NCBI GenBank assembly: GCA_950097015.1
Contig: CATNEN010000039.1
Span: forward strand, 17,794,001 to 17,858,000
DNA from: Macrostomum hystrix
Lineage: Eukaryota > Animalia > Platyhelminthes
Length of the DNA: 64,000 nt
Direction: 5' to 3'
Made by a program: the position numbers and the translations under genes. Positions 1 through 12,900 of this stretch are shown here, piece after piece. Below the pieces are notes generated by a model. It was not told where the DNA came from. It did no database searches and saw only the letters and a program-made list of their open reading frames with translations. Positions within the stretch are counted from its first letter, which is position 1; every line of letters begins with the position of its first letter.

Positions 1-3000
1 ACGAAGTTAACAATAGGCTGCTGGTTTGGCAGGATCAGGCTACTAAATATGTAAGTCTGCATTGCATTGTATTGCATGCTAAAGTATTTGAGTATTTTCC
101 AATGCTATGAATAAATATCTTAGTGCCATACCGTTTCCACCTATATTTAACAATTTGCAGTACCCCTTTTTACGGAGGGTCAAGGCTATACTAATCAGAC
201 TTTATAGTCGTTTAAGGTTGGGTCAGAACTTCAGGGTTGGTTAAGCATATAGGCCTATTGTCCATCAGGGTTGGTTAAGCATATAGGCCTATTGTCCATC
301 AGGGTTGGTTAAGCATATAGGCCTATTGTCCATCAGGGTTGGTTAAGCATATAGGCCCATTGTCCATCAGGGTTGGTTAAGCATATAGGCCCATTGTCCA
401 TCAAGGATGGTTAAGCATATAGGCCTATTGTCCATCAGGGATGGTTAAGCATATAGGCCCATTGTCCATCAGGGTTGGTTAAGCATATAGGCCCATTGTC
501 CATCAGGGTTGGTTAAGCATATAGGCCCATTGTCCATCAGGGTTGGTTAAGCATATAGGCCTATTGTCCATCAGGGTTGGTTAAGCATATAGGCCCATTG
601 TCCATCAGGGTTGGGTGAGAATTGACCCATTGTCCTTCAGTGTTGGGTCAGCATTGACCTATTGTCATTCAGGTTGGGTCAGCATTGACCCATTGTCCAT
701 AATTGTTGGGTCAGCATTGACCCATTGTCCATCATTGTTGGGTCAGCGTTGACCTATTGACCTTCAGTGTTGGGTCAGCATTAATCTAGGTATATTAATC
801 AATTGGGTCTTGATGTTTTTTCATCAATTTGTGTAGTCAGGCAGTGCTTTAAAAGTGATTCATTAGCTATAAAAATAAATTAAACTGAACTTTTTGGCAA
901 GTGGTCTCTACATTCTCCGATTATTGAATTTTTTAAATTTCTAAAATTCAAATCAGGGTTTGTTTTAGTTTGCTTATAACTTTAGTCTGCTGTAGCTGAT
1001 TTAAATAAATGCTAATTTGAACTGTTTTTTTTTCAAGAATACACCCGATTCGGAAAATCAGGTAAATTGAAGATTCACTAGAACAGGTTTCTTGTAAGGT
1101 TATTTATGTTTTACATAGTTTTGTATTTATATGTATTCGTGTTTAACTGTGTTAATTTTAGTAAATTAGTCTGCATACTAGTCTTACTTTTTTAAGATGC
1201 TTACAGTGACTGCAGTGCTGTCTGACTTACACAGTGTCAAAATAATGCACTTTTAATTCACTGGTACATTATTATTATGTACAATAAATAAATCACGTAT
1301 AATAAATACATGTGCCGATCGGTTCTTTCCGACGCTAAGGCCGACGTCAAATGTACTTCGGAGTGGGGTGGGTGCAAGGCTGGTGGGGTCGTTCATGGAA
1401 AATTCCATTGGACCGCTTATTGCAAAAAATTGACGTACGCATTTAAAAGGATTTCCTCAAGGTCAAACCTCCCTATAACTATGACAAACCATCTTTCCCG
1501 ACTTTATTCCCGACGCTAAAACTTTCCTGATGCTTTAATTTGTTTATAAGTGGACCAATGGAATTTTCCATGAACGACCCCACCAGCCTTGCACCACTCC
1601 GAAGTATGTACATTTGACGTCGGCCTTAGCGTCGGGAAAACCGATCGGCTAAAGTAAAAATATCCGTAAAATAAGTTGCTCTAGCTTAGCTTGGCTATCC
1701 TTAACTCAATTTGCACTGTCTATCATTTTTTAACTTCTTGTACATCTAGTGTGCGTAAATTGCATCTTTAGAAAGTACATAATAACTAGATAGGTTCTTC
1801 TAGATTTTTAGTAGTCGTAGTTACCTAACTAATAACTAGTCATCGTGTACTTCTTTGCTTACTATTTTTACAGCAATGTGAAATGACGGATAAGGCTAAG
1901 GTTCGTTGATTAAAAACTTGTATTCAAAATAATTTAAAGTTTGTTAACAGCTTTTTGACGTTTGATTTTCACAAGTTAAATATATACTCGTACTACTCAA
2001 AGTAGGTTTCATTTACTTAATTTTGTAAACGTGAAATAACGTTTCACGCGCGCGCGTTCGTGAAAGGGTAGTTTTGGTCGATAATTATAGTGCGCACGAA
2101 CTTACAACTGGGTGCGCACGTACCTATAGATAGACAAGTGCACGCGAACTTATTATAGGGTGCGCACTTACTTACAAATAGTCAAGTGCACACAAACTTA
2201 TTATCAAGTGCACACGCACTTATAGATAGTAAATTGAATGTGAACAGATCTGACTAAAAAGTGCCCTAAATCAATAATCCGTATTGATTATTACGTACCT
2301 AGTAAGCAATCTAGTGGCCTTGTAACCGTTTCTAAAACCGCCTTTAATCTATTTTATTCTCTTTACTTCAGATGGAGCGAACTTTTGTAAGTATAAATTT
2401 GTTTTGCATAGATTTACATTACATTTTTTTGATTCATTACTTGAATCGTCAACGGTGAAAGTACTAAAGTATTTAATTCAACAGCTATTATACTCTACTT
2501 GAATTTTGTATGAACTTCTAGTTCAGATGTATAGATGTGTATCCAGTATAATATCTATTATAATTAAAAACGCATCATTAATGCTAGCGTACCGATATTT
2601 ACTGAAAATTTTGAAAACGAATATTTTTGGTAGCAATGTTTCTTATTCATTTTTTCTCTCCTTTTTTTCCTGTTTTTCCTGTTCTTTAACCTCTATTCAT
2701 CACTGTCAATTCTCACTTCGCTCTCGTAATTCTGTCTGGTTTTCTAACTCTACCTTTGATCTCTTTCCGCCGCCTTCTGATTGGTCAGCTTCTGAACAGC
2801 GAGTGTGGAAAATGGAAGATGAGTAGAAGGGGAAGTAAGATGAGTAGAAGGGGAGGAAGATGAGTAGACGGGGGAGGAAGATGAGTAGACGGGGGAGGAA
2901 GATGAGTAGAAGGGGAAGTAAGATGAGTAGAAGGGGAGGAAGATGAGTAGACGGGGGAGGAAGATGAGTAGACGGGGGAGGAAGATGAGTATACGGGGGA

Positions 3001-4918
3001 GGAAGATGAGTAGACGGGGGAGGAAGATGAGTAGACGGGGGAGGAAGATGAGTAGACGGGGGAGGAATATGAGTAGACGGGGGAGGAATATGAGTAGACG
3101 GGGGAGGAAGATGAGTAGAAGTGGGAGGATGATGAGTAGAAGGGGGAGGATAATGAGTAGAAGGGGGAGGATGATGAGTAGAAGGGGGAGGAATATGTGT
3201 AGAAGGGCAGTAAGGGTAGAAAGGGATGAAAATGGGTAGAATTGGTAAGGAAGATGTGTAGAAGGGGAGGAAAATGTGTAGAATCGGTAAAGAAGATGTG
3301 TAGAAGGGGAAGAAGATGGCCTTCTTCCCCTTCTTCCCCAAATGATGAAATTGGGGAGGAAATGGGTAGGATGGAATGGAAAGGTTGATAGGTAGATTAT
3401 GTTAAGCATCAGTAAGAACACAAGTAACCAGGCGTATCCCATTGTTGACAAACATTAACAGAAGTCTCACAAGACAGCCCAGCCGAATCTGCTGCAATGG
3501 TTTCACAGATTCTATGCCCACCTGTTGTCCAAGTACACGCTGTGCTTCTGCAGTGTCCTGGCCCAGCAGAGTCCAACTGGTCAACAGCAGGAGATTGTTC
3601 GCATGGCTAGCCAGAGGCAGGATCCTGAGGATCTACTAACTAGACTAGTTCAGTTGCACAAGCGCACAGACTGCCTAGCTGCTCTGCTAATATTTAACGC
3701 CACGGCCCAATCTGAGCCTTACCTGGGACACGGCTATTATCTGCCCGGCCTGATGGGCGATCGACCAGTGGGCAAGGATGGCTATCCTGTTATATTCGTG
3801 TACCCGCCACCTGACACCGCCGATACAGCTGGTACCGGAGCTGCTGCTGCTGCTGTTGCTGTTGCTGCTTCGTCTACTAACGCTGCTTCCGCCTCTTCAG
3901 TGGGAACTGGGTCAATTGTGCCGACTCTAGGATCGGGTGATATGACCAACATACTCATGACGGTACGGGTTCGTGCAGATTGATTCTCATTGGTTTAGCT
4001 GAATTCTGATTGGTTTAGATGGGTTCTGATTGGTTTAGTTGGGTTCTGATTGGTTTAGTTGGGTTCTGATTGGTTCAGTTGGGTTCTGATTCGTTCAGAT
4101 GGGTTCTGATTGGTTCAGAGCGGTTATGATTGGTTCTGATTGGTTTAGTTGGGTTCTGATTCGTTCAGATGGGTTCTGATTGGTTTAGTTGGGTTCTGAT
4201 TGGTTTAGTTGGGTTCTGATTGGTTCAGATGGGTTCTGATTGGTTTAGATTGGTTCTAATTGGTTCAGATGGGTTCTGATTGGTTTAGATTGGTTCAGAT
4301 GGGTTCTGATTGGTTCAGATGGTTCTGATTGGTTCAGATGAGTTCGTATTTGTTTAGATTAGTTCTGATTGATTAAGGTGGGTTCTGATTGGTTCAGATG
4401 GGTTCTGATTGGTTCTGATTGGTTCAGATGGTTCTGATTGGTTCAGATGAGTTCGTATTTGTTTAGATTAGTTCTGATTGATTAAGGTGGGTTCTGATTG
4501 GTTCAGATGGGTTCTGATTGGTTCAGATAGGTTCTGATTGGCTTAAATTGTTTTGCAATCTCCTGCTGATAGTGCAGAGTGGATTCTGATAGGATAAGGC
4601 GGACCTTTTGATGTCAGCCAGTGCTCCTAAAATGTCTGCTGCTTTTTTTCGCAGGTGGCCTCTGAAAACTGGGGCAGCGGCGGCAGCGGCAGCGGCGACT
4701 GTCGAGTTCGCTTCTTCTCCGACGACAAGCTGCGTCGCTCGTACTGCATCGGCTACGCAGAGCCGCGCCTTCACCTGGCGCTGGTGCTGGAGCATCGGGC
4801 AGCTCAGCGCTCCGGCTCCCAGCAGAAGGACAGAGCATTGGAGAAGCAGGTGGTTGAGTTCTGTGCTCAACTTGCTGGCTGCGGCCTCTACGGCATGCTT
4901 AGGTCTGGCGGCCGCTGA
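1..4918 (+). CDS. KICS2: KICSTOR subunit 2 (C12orf66/DUF2003)-like gene, 3' part; exons <1-50, 1038-1061 (putative microexon), 2372-2386 (putative microexon), 3462-3962, 4655-4918
   Basis: The spliced translation (..NEVNNRLLVWQDQATKY..KSHKTAQPNLLQWFHRFYAHLLSKYTLCF..LIFN..YLGHGY..GYPVI..NILMT/..VRFFSDDKLRRSYCIGYAEPRLHLALVLE..) matches the recalled C-terminal half of C12orf66 ([61 protein letters not shown]). All joins are phase-0 GT-AG. Confidence 0.78.
232..785. repeat. 34-bp minisatellite (tcagggttggttaagcatataggcctattgtcca), decaying into a related unit
   Basis: Direct tandem copies in a KICS2 intron. Confidence 0.95.
1314..1649. mobile_element. MITE-like element with ~100-bp terminal inverted repeats
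   Basis: gccgatcgg..cgacgctaaggccgacgtcaaatgtac..catggaaaattccattgg at left is mirrored by ccaatggaattttccatg..gtacatttgacgtcggccttagcgtcg..ccgatcggc at right. No clear TSD. Confidence 0.75.
2812..3320. repeat. 21-bp purine-rich minisatellite (gaagatgagtagacgggggag)
   Basis: Tandem copies; explains the spurious repeat ORFs at 2706-3451. Confidence 0.95.
3985..4542. repeat. ~20-bp minisatellite (gggttctgattggttcagat)
   Basis: Tandem copies starting ~20 nt after the donor at 3963. Confidence 0.93.
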
Positions 4919-4930
4919 ACATTTGAGAAA

Positions 4931-4931
4931 C

Positions 4932-4964
<33 letters not shown>

Positions 4965-4967
4965 GCC

Positions 4968-5052
<85 letters not shown>

Positions 5053-5129
5053 GCCTGCCTGTCTGTCTGTCTGCCTGTCTGTCTGTCTGTCTGTCTGCCT
5101 GTCTGTCTGTCTGCCTGTCTGTCTGTCTG
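4931..5129. repeat. (TCTG)n microsatellite just after the KICS2 stop codon
   Basis: Direct inspection. Confidence 0.97.
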
Positions 5130-5499
5130 CATGTGTTTGCCTATATTTATTCTCGCATTAAAAATAATGAAATTCTCCAGACTGTACTCTGAGCGTTGAC
5201 TCAAATAAATCCTTCCAATGTGTTTGATCTTTTTGTACGTGAATTCTTTGAGAATTTTTCGCATATTTTTATTGGCAGTAAGTTGTCTGCTGTTAAAGTC
5301 TGTTTGTCTTAAATCATTTTTTTCTGTTATCATGTTTCAAATTCTCTTTTCAGTATCCTCACACAAAAAATGTAAATAAAAGCTTGAATGCAAGAAAGAA
5401 AATAATATTGAATAGGCTGATGTTTTTCCATTGATGCTTTAAAACATTTAGTTTCTTTTAAAAGTCTGTTTATTTTTTACAATGCTAGCTTTTGGTTAC

Positions 5500-6145
5500 G
5501 ACCAACCTGACTGACAGTTGGTGATTATGATCAACTTGAGGGACAGTTGGTGATTATGACCAACTTGAGGGAGAGTCGGTAATTATGACCAACTTGAGGG
5601 AGAGTCGTTAATTATGACCAACTTGAGGGACAGTCGTTAATTATGACCAACTTGAGGGACAGTCGTTAATTATGACCAACTTGAGGGACAGTCGTTAATT
5701 ATGACCAACTTGAGGGACAGTCGTTAATTATGACCAACTTGAGGGAGAGTCGGTAATGATGACCAACTTGAGGGAGAGTCGGTAATTATGACCAACTTGA
5801 GGGAGAGTCGGTGATTATGACCAACTTGAGGGAGAGTCGGTAATAATGACCAACTTGAGGGAGAGTCGGTGATTATGACCAACTTGAGGGACAGTTGGTG
5901 ATTATGATCAACCTGAGGGACAGTTGGTGATTATGATCAACCTGAGGGACAGTTGGTGATTATGATCAACCTGAGTGACAGTTGGTAATGATGACCAACC
6001 TGAGTGACAGTTGGTAATGATGACCAACCTGAGTGACAGTTGGTAATAATGACCAACCTGAGTGACAGTTGGTAATAATGACCAACCTGAGTGACAGTTG
6101 GTAATAATGACCAACCTGAGTGACAGTCGGTTAATATGGCCAACA
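5500..6145. repeat. 29-bp minisatellite (gacagttggtgattatgaccaacttgagg)
   Basis: Intergenic tandem copies. Confidence 0.93.
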
Positions 6146-6913
6146 TATGTTACGAAATTTTCTAAAAGAACCAGTTGGCTATTTAATACTCAACTGTTCA
6201 AAACTGCAGAATGAATAAAAATGGAAAAAACGCATTTCCAATCTTCTTACTACCACTAGTAGTTACATTTCCGAGCTAGTTGGTACGAGTAAATAAATTT
6301 ACTTTATCATTCATGGCTTTAATTATTCATAAATTTTCTGCGGCTAAAGTGATATTATCTTCCGGTTGTCTTAACGAGCGAACAGCATATGCCCAAAAAC
6401 AACAGCCTTTAATGTTGTTAATAGCTAGATTTCTAACGTGTCGTCCGCCTTACAAACTAGAAGCTGCATTGAGTGTGCACGCATGTTTTCTTCTCCGAGA
6501 AGTGATAAATTGCTTGGTCCGCGCAGCGGTAGCAACCATCGGAAGCAGACCGACAGACAGTTAATCTAGATTACTAACAAAACTGTAGCCATTATCTGCC
6601 ATGGTACGAAGATTTCAGCGTACAGCCAGATAAACGGTTTCCTGTTACTTTCTCTTCAATCTTCTCCAAATTCAATAGTGAATAGGAGAAACAGCCAATT
6701 GGATTGCAGCAGTGGAAATGTACACTGTAGAGTGCCAGTTATAGATAAGAACTCGAATAAAACTAATATGTGCCCCTTCAAAATAGTGTAGGCCCCATAT
6801 TGGACAGTGATTTTGACTGCAAAATTTGAACTCACACACTGCATTTTGAGTTCTGTCTGATAAGTGTCTTATAAAACTAGCTTTTATTGTTACAAAACTA
6901 GTTTAAAAAACTC

Positions 6914-9900
6914 ATGAGTCTGCCGCCGCCGCCGCCGCCGCCGCCGCTGCTGCTGCTGCTGCTGCTGCTGCTGTGCCTGGCTCCGACGCCTGGCTATTCC
7001 CACGGGTCGTCCGGAATCTCAATAGCAGCCGTCACCACACCGCACTGGTGGCAGCCGCGGGGTCAGCATCAGCAGCATCAGCAGTTGCCGCCGATGCACG
7101 CCAAAACACCTGGCGACATGATCATTGGCGCCCTGTACCCGATGCACTACGGCAACCTGCTAGCGAACAGCACAGTCCACAGGTGCGCGGCTGTCAACCC
7201 ATACGAAGGTGTGCAAGCCTTCGAAGCCACTCTGTTCACCCTGAACAAACTGCGCGAGCAACGGTTGCTAGGCAACGTAACACTCGGCGTCCTCGCCATG
7301 GACACCTGCCAGGATGTCGACTTCGCCCTGTCGCAGTCGTTGAATTTCACAAACGTACTGATTAGCGGCTTCATCGGGCAAGGCATGATTCGCTGCACCG
7401 ACGGCAGCGAGCCGGGCATCAACGGCAGTCTGACGGAACTCATGAAGATCATCGGGGTGCTCGGCGCGGCAGAGAGCGACGTGTCAGTGGCCATCGCCTC
7501 GTTTATGAAGCATTTCCGCATTCCGCAGGTAGGTCTGAGCGATGCTTGGGTAGAGTAGAGAAAGTAGAGTGATGGTTGTACAGTAGATAGAGTAGAGTGA
7601 TGATAGTATAGTGGTGAGAGTAGAGTGATGATAGTAAAGTGGTGAGAGTAGAGTGATGATAGTATTATGGTGAGAGTAGAGTGATGATAGTAAAGTGGTG
7701 AGAGTAGAGTGATGATAGTATAGTGGTGAGAGTAGAGTGATGATAGTATAGTGGTGAGAGTAGAGTGATGATAGTATAGTGGTGAGAGTAGAGTGATGAT
7801 AGTATAGTGGTGAGAGTAGAGTGGTGAGAGCAGAGTGATGAGAATAGAATAGTGAGATTAGAGTAGATAAAGTTGAATGATGAGAGTGGGGTAGAGAAAG
7901 TAGAGTGGTGAGATTAGACTGGCAATAGTAGAGGGGTGAGAGTAGAGGGGTGAGAGTAGAGTGGTGAGAGTAGAATGGTGAAGGTAGAGTGGTGAGATTA
8001 TCGATTGTGCTTCTAAAGCCTGTGTACAGCTGTTGAGTCCGCGGACCCAGAAAACTTCAAGCCCAGATAATGCCAGTTGATACCGACGCTGAGGCGCTGA
8101 TAAATTAAGTTTCTAGATCAAAGACAAACTGATGTGTCCCTTTGACTAAGATTAACCACTGAGCTACATGCTGTGCATTGGAAAGGGAAGAAAATTATGA
8201 CCAATGTTTAAAGAACTAATATTTACTGACAATAAGTAGAACAGCACAAAAAGTATTACCATAATCTGTATGGGCATGAAATTTTCCTCTGAAAAGTCTG
8301 TTTAGTCTGCAGTATCTGTGTCCATTTGTTTGCCCAATTCTCTAATATTGGTTTCTGTGAAACTGTTCTGCATCTACAGCATGGAAACTGCTTTGCAAGT
8401 GCAGTGCGATTCGCAAGTTATTTCGCTTTTTCCGATGACAAATCGCGTTCTATTTGCAGATAGATGGGACAGGAGACGAATATTACCGTTTTTTTAAGAC
8501 AAACTGTTTTTTATTACTATATGGTAAAGTGCATTTCACTAAATGATGTGATTTCAATATGCACTTTAAAATAATACATCTGTCGTTAAAACGATTAAAG
8601 AACAACTTTTAGAAAAAGTTTATATATTCAGTATTCAATTCAAATTTACAAAACTTTTTTTTCAAAATCAGCTTTTTTCGCTACATATCGGCTACCCCAT
8701 TGTGGATCAGATACTTCTGGCAGTATCTGAATACGGCCTCTTCACGCACCCCGAACACTTAATTTATCGTGTCTCATCTCTCCCCTGTCTCATCTCTCCC
8801 CTGTCTTATCTCTCCCCTGTCTTATCTCTCCCCTGTCTCATCTCTCCCCTGTCTCATCTCTCCCCTGTCTCATCTCTCCCGTGTCTCATCTCTTCGCTGT
8901 CCCAGCTCTGCATAACGCCTAGAAAAGCTAATCCAAACCCATTTGATCTCTACCGGCAAAAAAATCTTTTCTACTAAACTTTTAATTTCTTCCCTTTTCT
9001 TCTTTCGGGTTAGAAGTATTTTTAACATCGACCCCCGCCTCCACGCACAATGGATTGTCCGCAGTCTTGACATCCCAATAATTGGAGTTTGCGAGTTCTC
9101 AGTGCATGGGCAGCTAGAAATGGGGGATTAACTAAGCCATTCCAGCAGTCAAATCCCTTTCTCTTGTCCTTTAGCTCTCTTGCCAAAAGTATAGCCGCTG
9201 GCCCTATTTGCAGAAATTCTTTGCGGAACAACACTCAGTCAGCAAAAAATGAAAACCAAGAGAACAGAAATATATCAGAGCAATTTGAATATTTGAACAA
9301 CGTTTCTCTTGAACAAAGTCTCCTAACTAACTGAAGATCTAATCTGCAGTAGTAGGATCTGTACAATTAAGTTTTGAAACTATGAAAACCACTATTTGTA
9401 CACCTTCGTTATTATGGTGTATGTAAATATATTTTACGAGCTAAGTTTCATGTACTATATAGTAATTTTTACTCGGAATTCAAGTTTATAAAATGTGCTA
9501 CTGGCCAATGAACGACCTCGAGTCATTTGTTGTGTAATTTCCATTGTCTATGGACAAACTTTAATAAGACCATCTAGGAATGCTCGAAATATCTATGGCC
9601 ATGAGTGCGCATAGCTTCAATATAATTTTAAAACGATGTCTACTTAAAATCGCATTGTAAGCTACCTTTACTATTAATTCGTTTTAATACATTTCAATGG
9701 CAATTTAATCCTCTGCAATCCCACTCCCGTCAAATTTCCAGATTAGCCACATGTCAACAACGCCAGTCCTTAGCAACGTGGAGAAGTTTCCGTTTTTTCT
9801 GCGCACCGTCCCGTCGGATGCCAACACTGTTCAAGGCATTGTACACCTGCTCAGGTTGGTGGCAGCCTAAAGTTTAAGATCGATTCCTTCGCTAAATGAA

Positions 9901-12900
9901 TTGCCAAAACTAGCTGAATAGATTTATAGACGTCATCATCATCATCTGCCTCGAAACTTGCGGGGTCTTCTCTAGAACCCAACTGAATCCGACCAAACTC
10001 CTAGGGGCGTGTGTTTTCCAGCGCGGCATCATTCAATAATCGGCTCTGAGTCTCACAGCCTTGCTAGCTCACGAAAAAAAACTTGTTTTTTACCTGCTTC
10101 GATCGCTTCAAAGAGGAATGAAATGCGGCGCTAGCTTGAGTCCCCTTTGAGCTGCAGGTGGTCTTAGAAAGCGGGATTGATCCCACAGCTAATGGCGGGA
10201 AGCCCCACTATAGACGCAGATGCCGCAGGTGACGGAGGAGCTGCGATGCAGAAAATTCGATGACGGAGATGGGAGGTTGAGCGCGCGCACTCTTTGAACT
10301 CATTCTGATGGAACAACAGCCCGATTTTAAGCTAAACAGCGGCATTTAGAGTCTCACGCTCTCTCACTGGTACATGCTTGAGACAGATCGATGAGACAGA
10401 CAGACAGGCAGGCAGACAGACAGACAGACAGACAGGCAGACAGACAGACAGACAGGCAGACAGACAGACAGACAGGCAGACAGACAGACAGACAGACAGG
10501 CAGACAGACAGACAGACAGGCAGACAGACAGACAGACAGGCAGACAGACAGACAGGCAGACAGACAGACAGATGCCGCCCATCCCGCAGGTCGCGCAACT
10601 GGACCTACGTCCACGTGGTGTACGACGACACAAACTACGGCACAATGGCATTCAACGCCTTCGAGGAGCTCATCAGCAATCGCACGGACGTCAAAGCCAG
10701 CAAGATCTGCATCTCGACCAAGATGAAAATTGACAGCCTGAAATGGATGGCCTCAAACTATGAGCAGGCAGTACACGATAGCCTACTAGCGCCTTCTAAC
10801 GCTAACAGTGAGTTTTGATTGGCTATATAATAGAATAGAGTAGAGTGGAATAGAGTAGAGTGGAATAGAGTAGAGTGGAATAGAGTAGAGTGGAATAGAG
10901 TAGAGTGGAATAGAGTAGAGTGGAATAGAGTAGAGTGGAATAGAGTAGAGTGGAATAGAGTAGAGTGGAATAGAGTTGAGTATAATTGATTCGAATAGAG
11001 TAGAAGAGTCGAAGAGTAGAAAAGTGGAATATAATAGAGTAGAATAGAATAGAGAAGAATAGAGAGTGGAATATTGATTATAATATAATAGAAAAGAGTG
11101 AAATAGAATAGAGTAGATTAGAATGTCATAGAGTAGAAAATAATATAATATTGTAGAATATAATATAATAGAGTAGAGTAGCATATAATTAGAGTAGGGT
11201 AGGGTAGAATATGATAGAGTCGAGTAGAATAGAATAGAGTTGTGTAGAGTAGAGTAGCATAGAGTTGAGCATTATAGCATAGAATGGAAGCAGTAGAAGA
11301 CAGTAAATTTGACTAGGGTAGAATGTAGAATAGTGACCTTTAAAAATACTACATCTAAGGTAACGCTAGACAATAATTAACCTAGGCTTGCGTGTTTGGT
11401 TCCGATCATGATTCATTTGAGTTCATTTTCCTGGCTCCACAGTCGAGGGGTTGACAAAGGCTTTTACTAAGACAACGCTAAGATAAAAAATTTTTCTTGC
11501 AAGCAGCAATGGACAAAACACAAACACAACCAAACACACCGACAGCTTGTCTGGCACTATAGTAATAATTTTTTTAACTTCAGGAAATATTCAGTTTTGA
11601 CACATCACCCAGACAAATTTCATGTTGAGCATTGCTCGGGTAAACAGTAACATACTTATTCATATACACTACATTTTTCTGCTTGCAGTGCAGGTTCAAT
11701 CATTCATATGTTATTACCATCCCATCTGATCCACATCTCCCATTCACATTCATATCTCCCATCTCCCATTTCATCTCCCTACTCCCATCACTATCTCACA
11801 CCTCCCATCTCCCATCTCCCATCTCCCGTCTCTCATCTCCCATCTCCAAAATCCCATCTCCATCTCCGATCCCCATTCCTACTGGGGGATTATTTTCGCA
11901 GTTCATGGGCCATCTCCCATCTCCGATCCCCATTGCTACTGGGGGATTATTTTCGCAGTTCATGGGCCATCTCCCATCACCGCACCCACCATCTCCCGCT
12001 AGTCGTCCTGGTGTTCCTGTCGCAGCCAACCCTGGCAGCATTTCTAGACGCCCTGGCGCAGTTCCGGCAGCAGTGCCTTGACAAGCCAGCTGACGCCGAC
12101 TGTCACCGGTGGAATAGCCGGCTGGACCAGCTTGGCTGGATCGGCACAGACAGCTGGTCAGGTTGGAGGTTTCGAAGCTCTGAGCACGGCTTGCTCAACC
12201 GGTCGATCATTATCATGCCTCGAACCGGTGAAATACCCGGCTTCGCTGATTACATCACCCGGTTAAAACCGTCCGAGCATCTGGTTAATCCGTGGCTGCG
12301 CGAATGGTTCGAAGAGGAGTGCAATTGTCGCTATGGGAACCTGAGCATCGCTTCAGCAGTGACCAATCAGCGAGCTAATGATTGTCTGCCTATTGAAGAG
12401 GAATGCCGCAGGCTGGTGTTTAAAGGTGAGGCGAGAATACATTTAGACAAATAATTATCCAGATTTCGCCCAATTCTGAAATCTCAAAAACATTTTCAGA
12501 TTTCGTGGAGCTGCCAACTCTGCACTTTGTCTCCGACGCTGTACACGCATACGCTTACGCTATCAGGTCGATCCAAGACTCTCTGGCGCCGAGAAATATT
12601 ACTCCGGACAGTGTCCGCGGCGATACGCTGATGAGTCACTTGAGGAATGTCACTTTTACTAGTAAGTGCTGCTCTGTTCCGAGATGGTAGAGTGAGGTGG
12701 GTGAGGGAGTGAGGTGGCTGAGGGAGTGAGGTGGGTGAGGGAGTGAGGTGGGTGAGGGAGTGAGGTGCGTGAGGGAGTGAGGTGGGTGAGGGACTGAGGT
12801 GGGTGAGGGAGTAAGGCGACGTGATGGACTGATGGAGCCACAAAATATTCGAACCGTATTATTATGCTAATATAATATGCCTTACAGTAGCTAAGATTTT

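Noticed and set aside
161-216. Possible additional KICS2 exon (cag|TACCCC..TTAAG|gttggg)
   Set aside because: 56 nt would shift the frame relative to the conserved exon at 3462.
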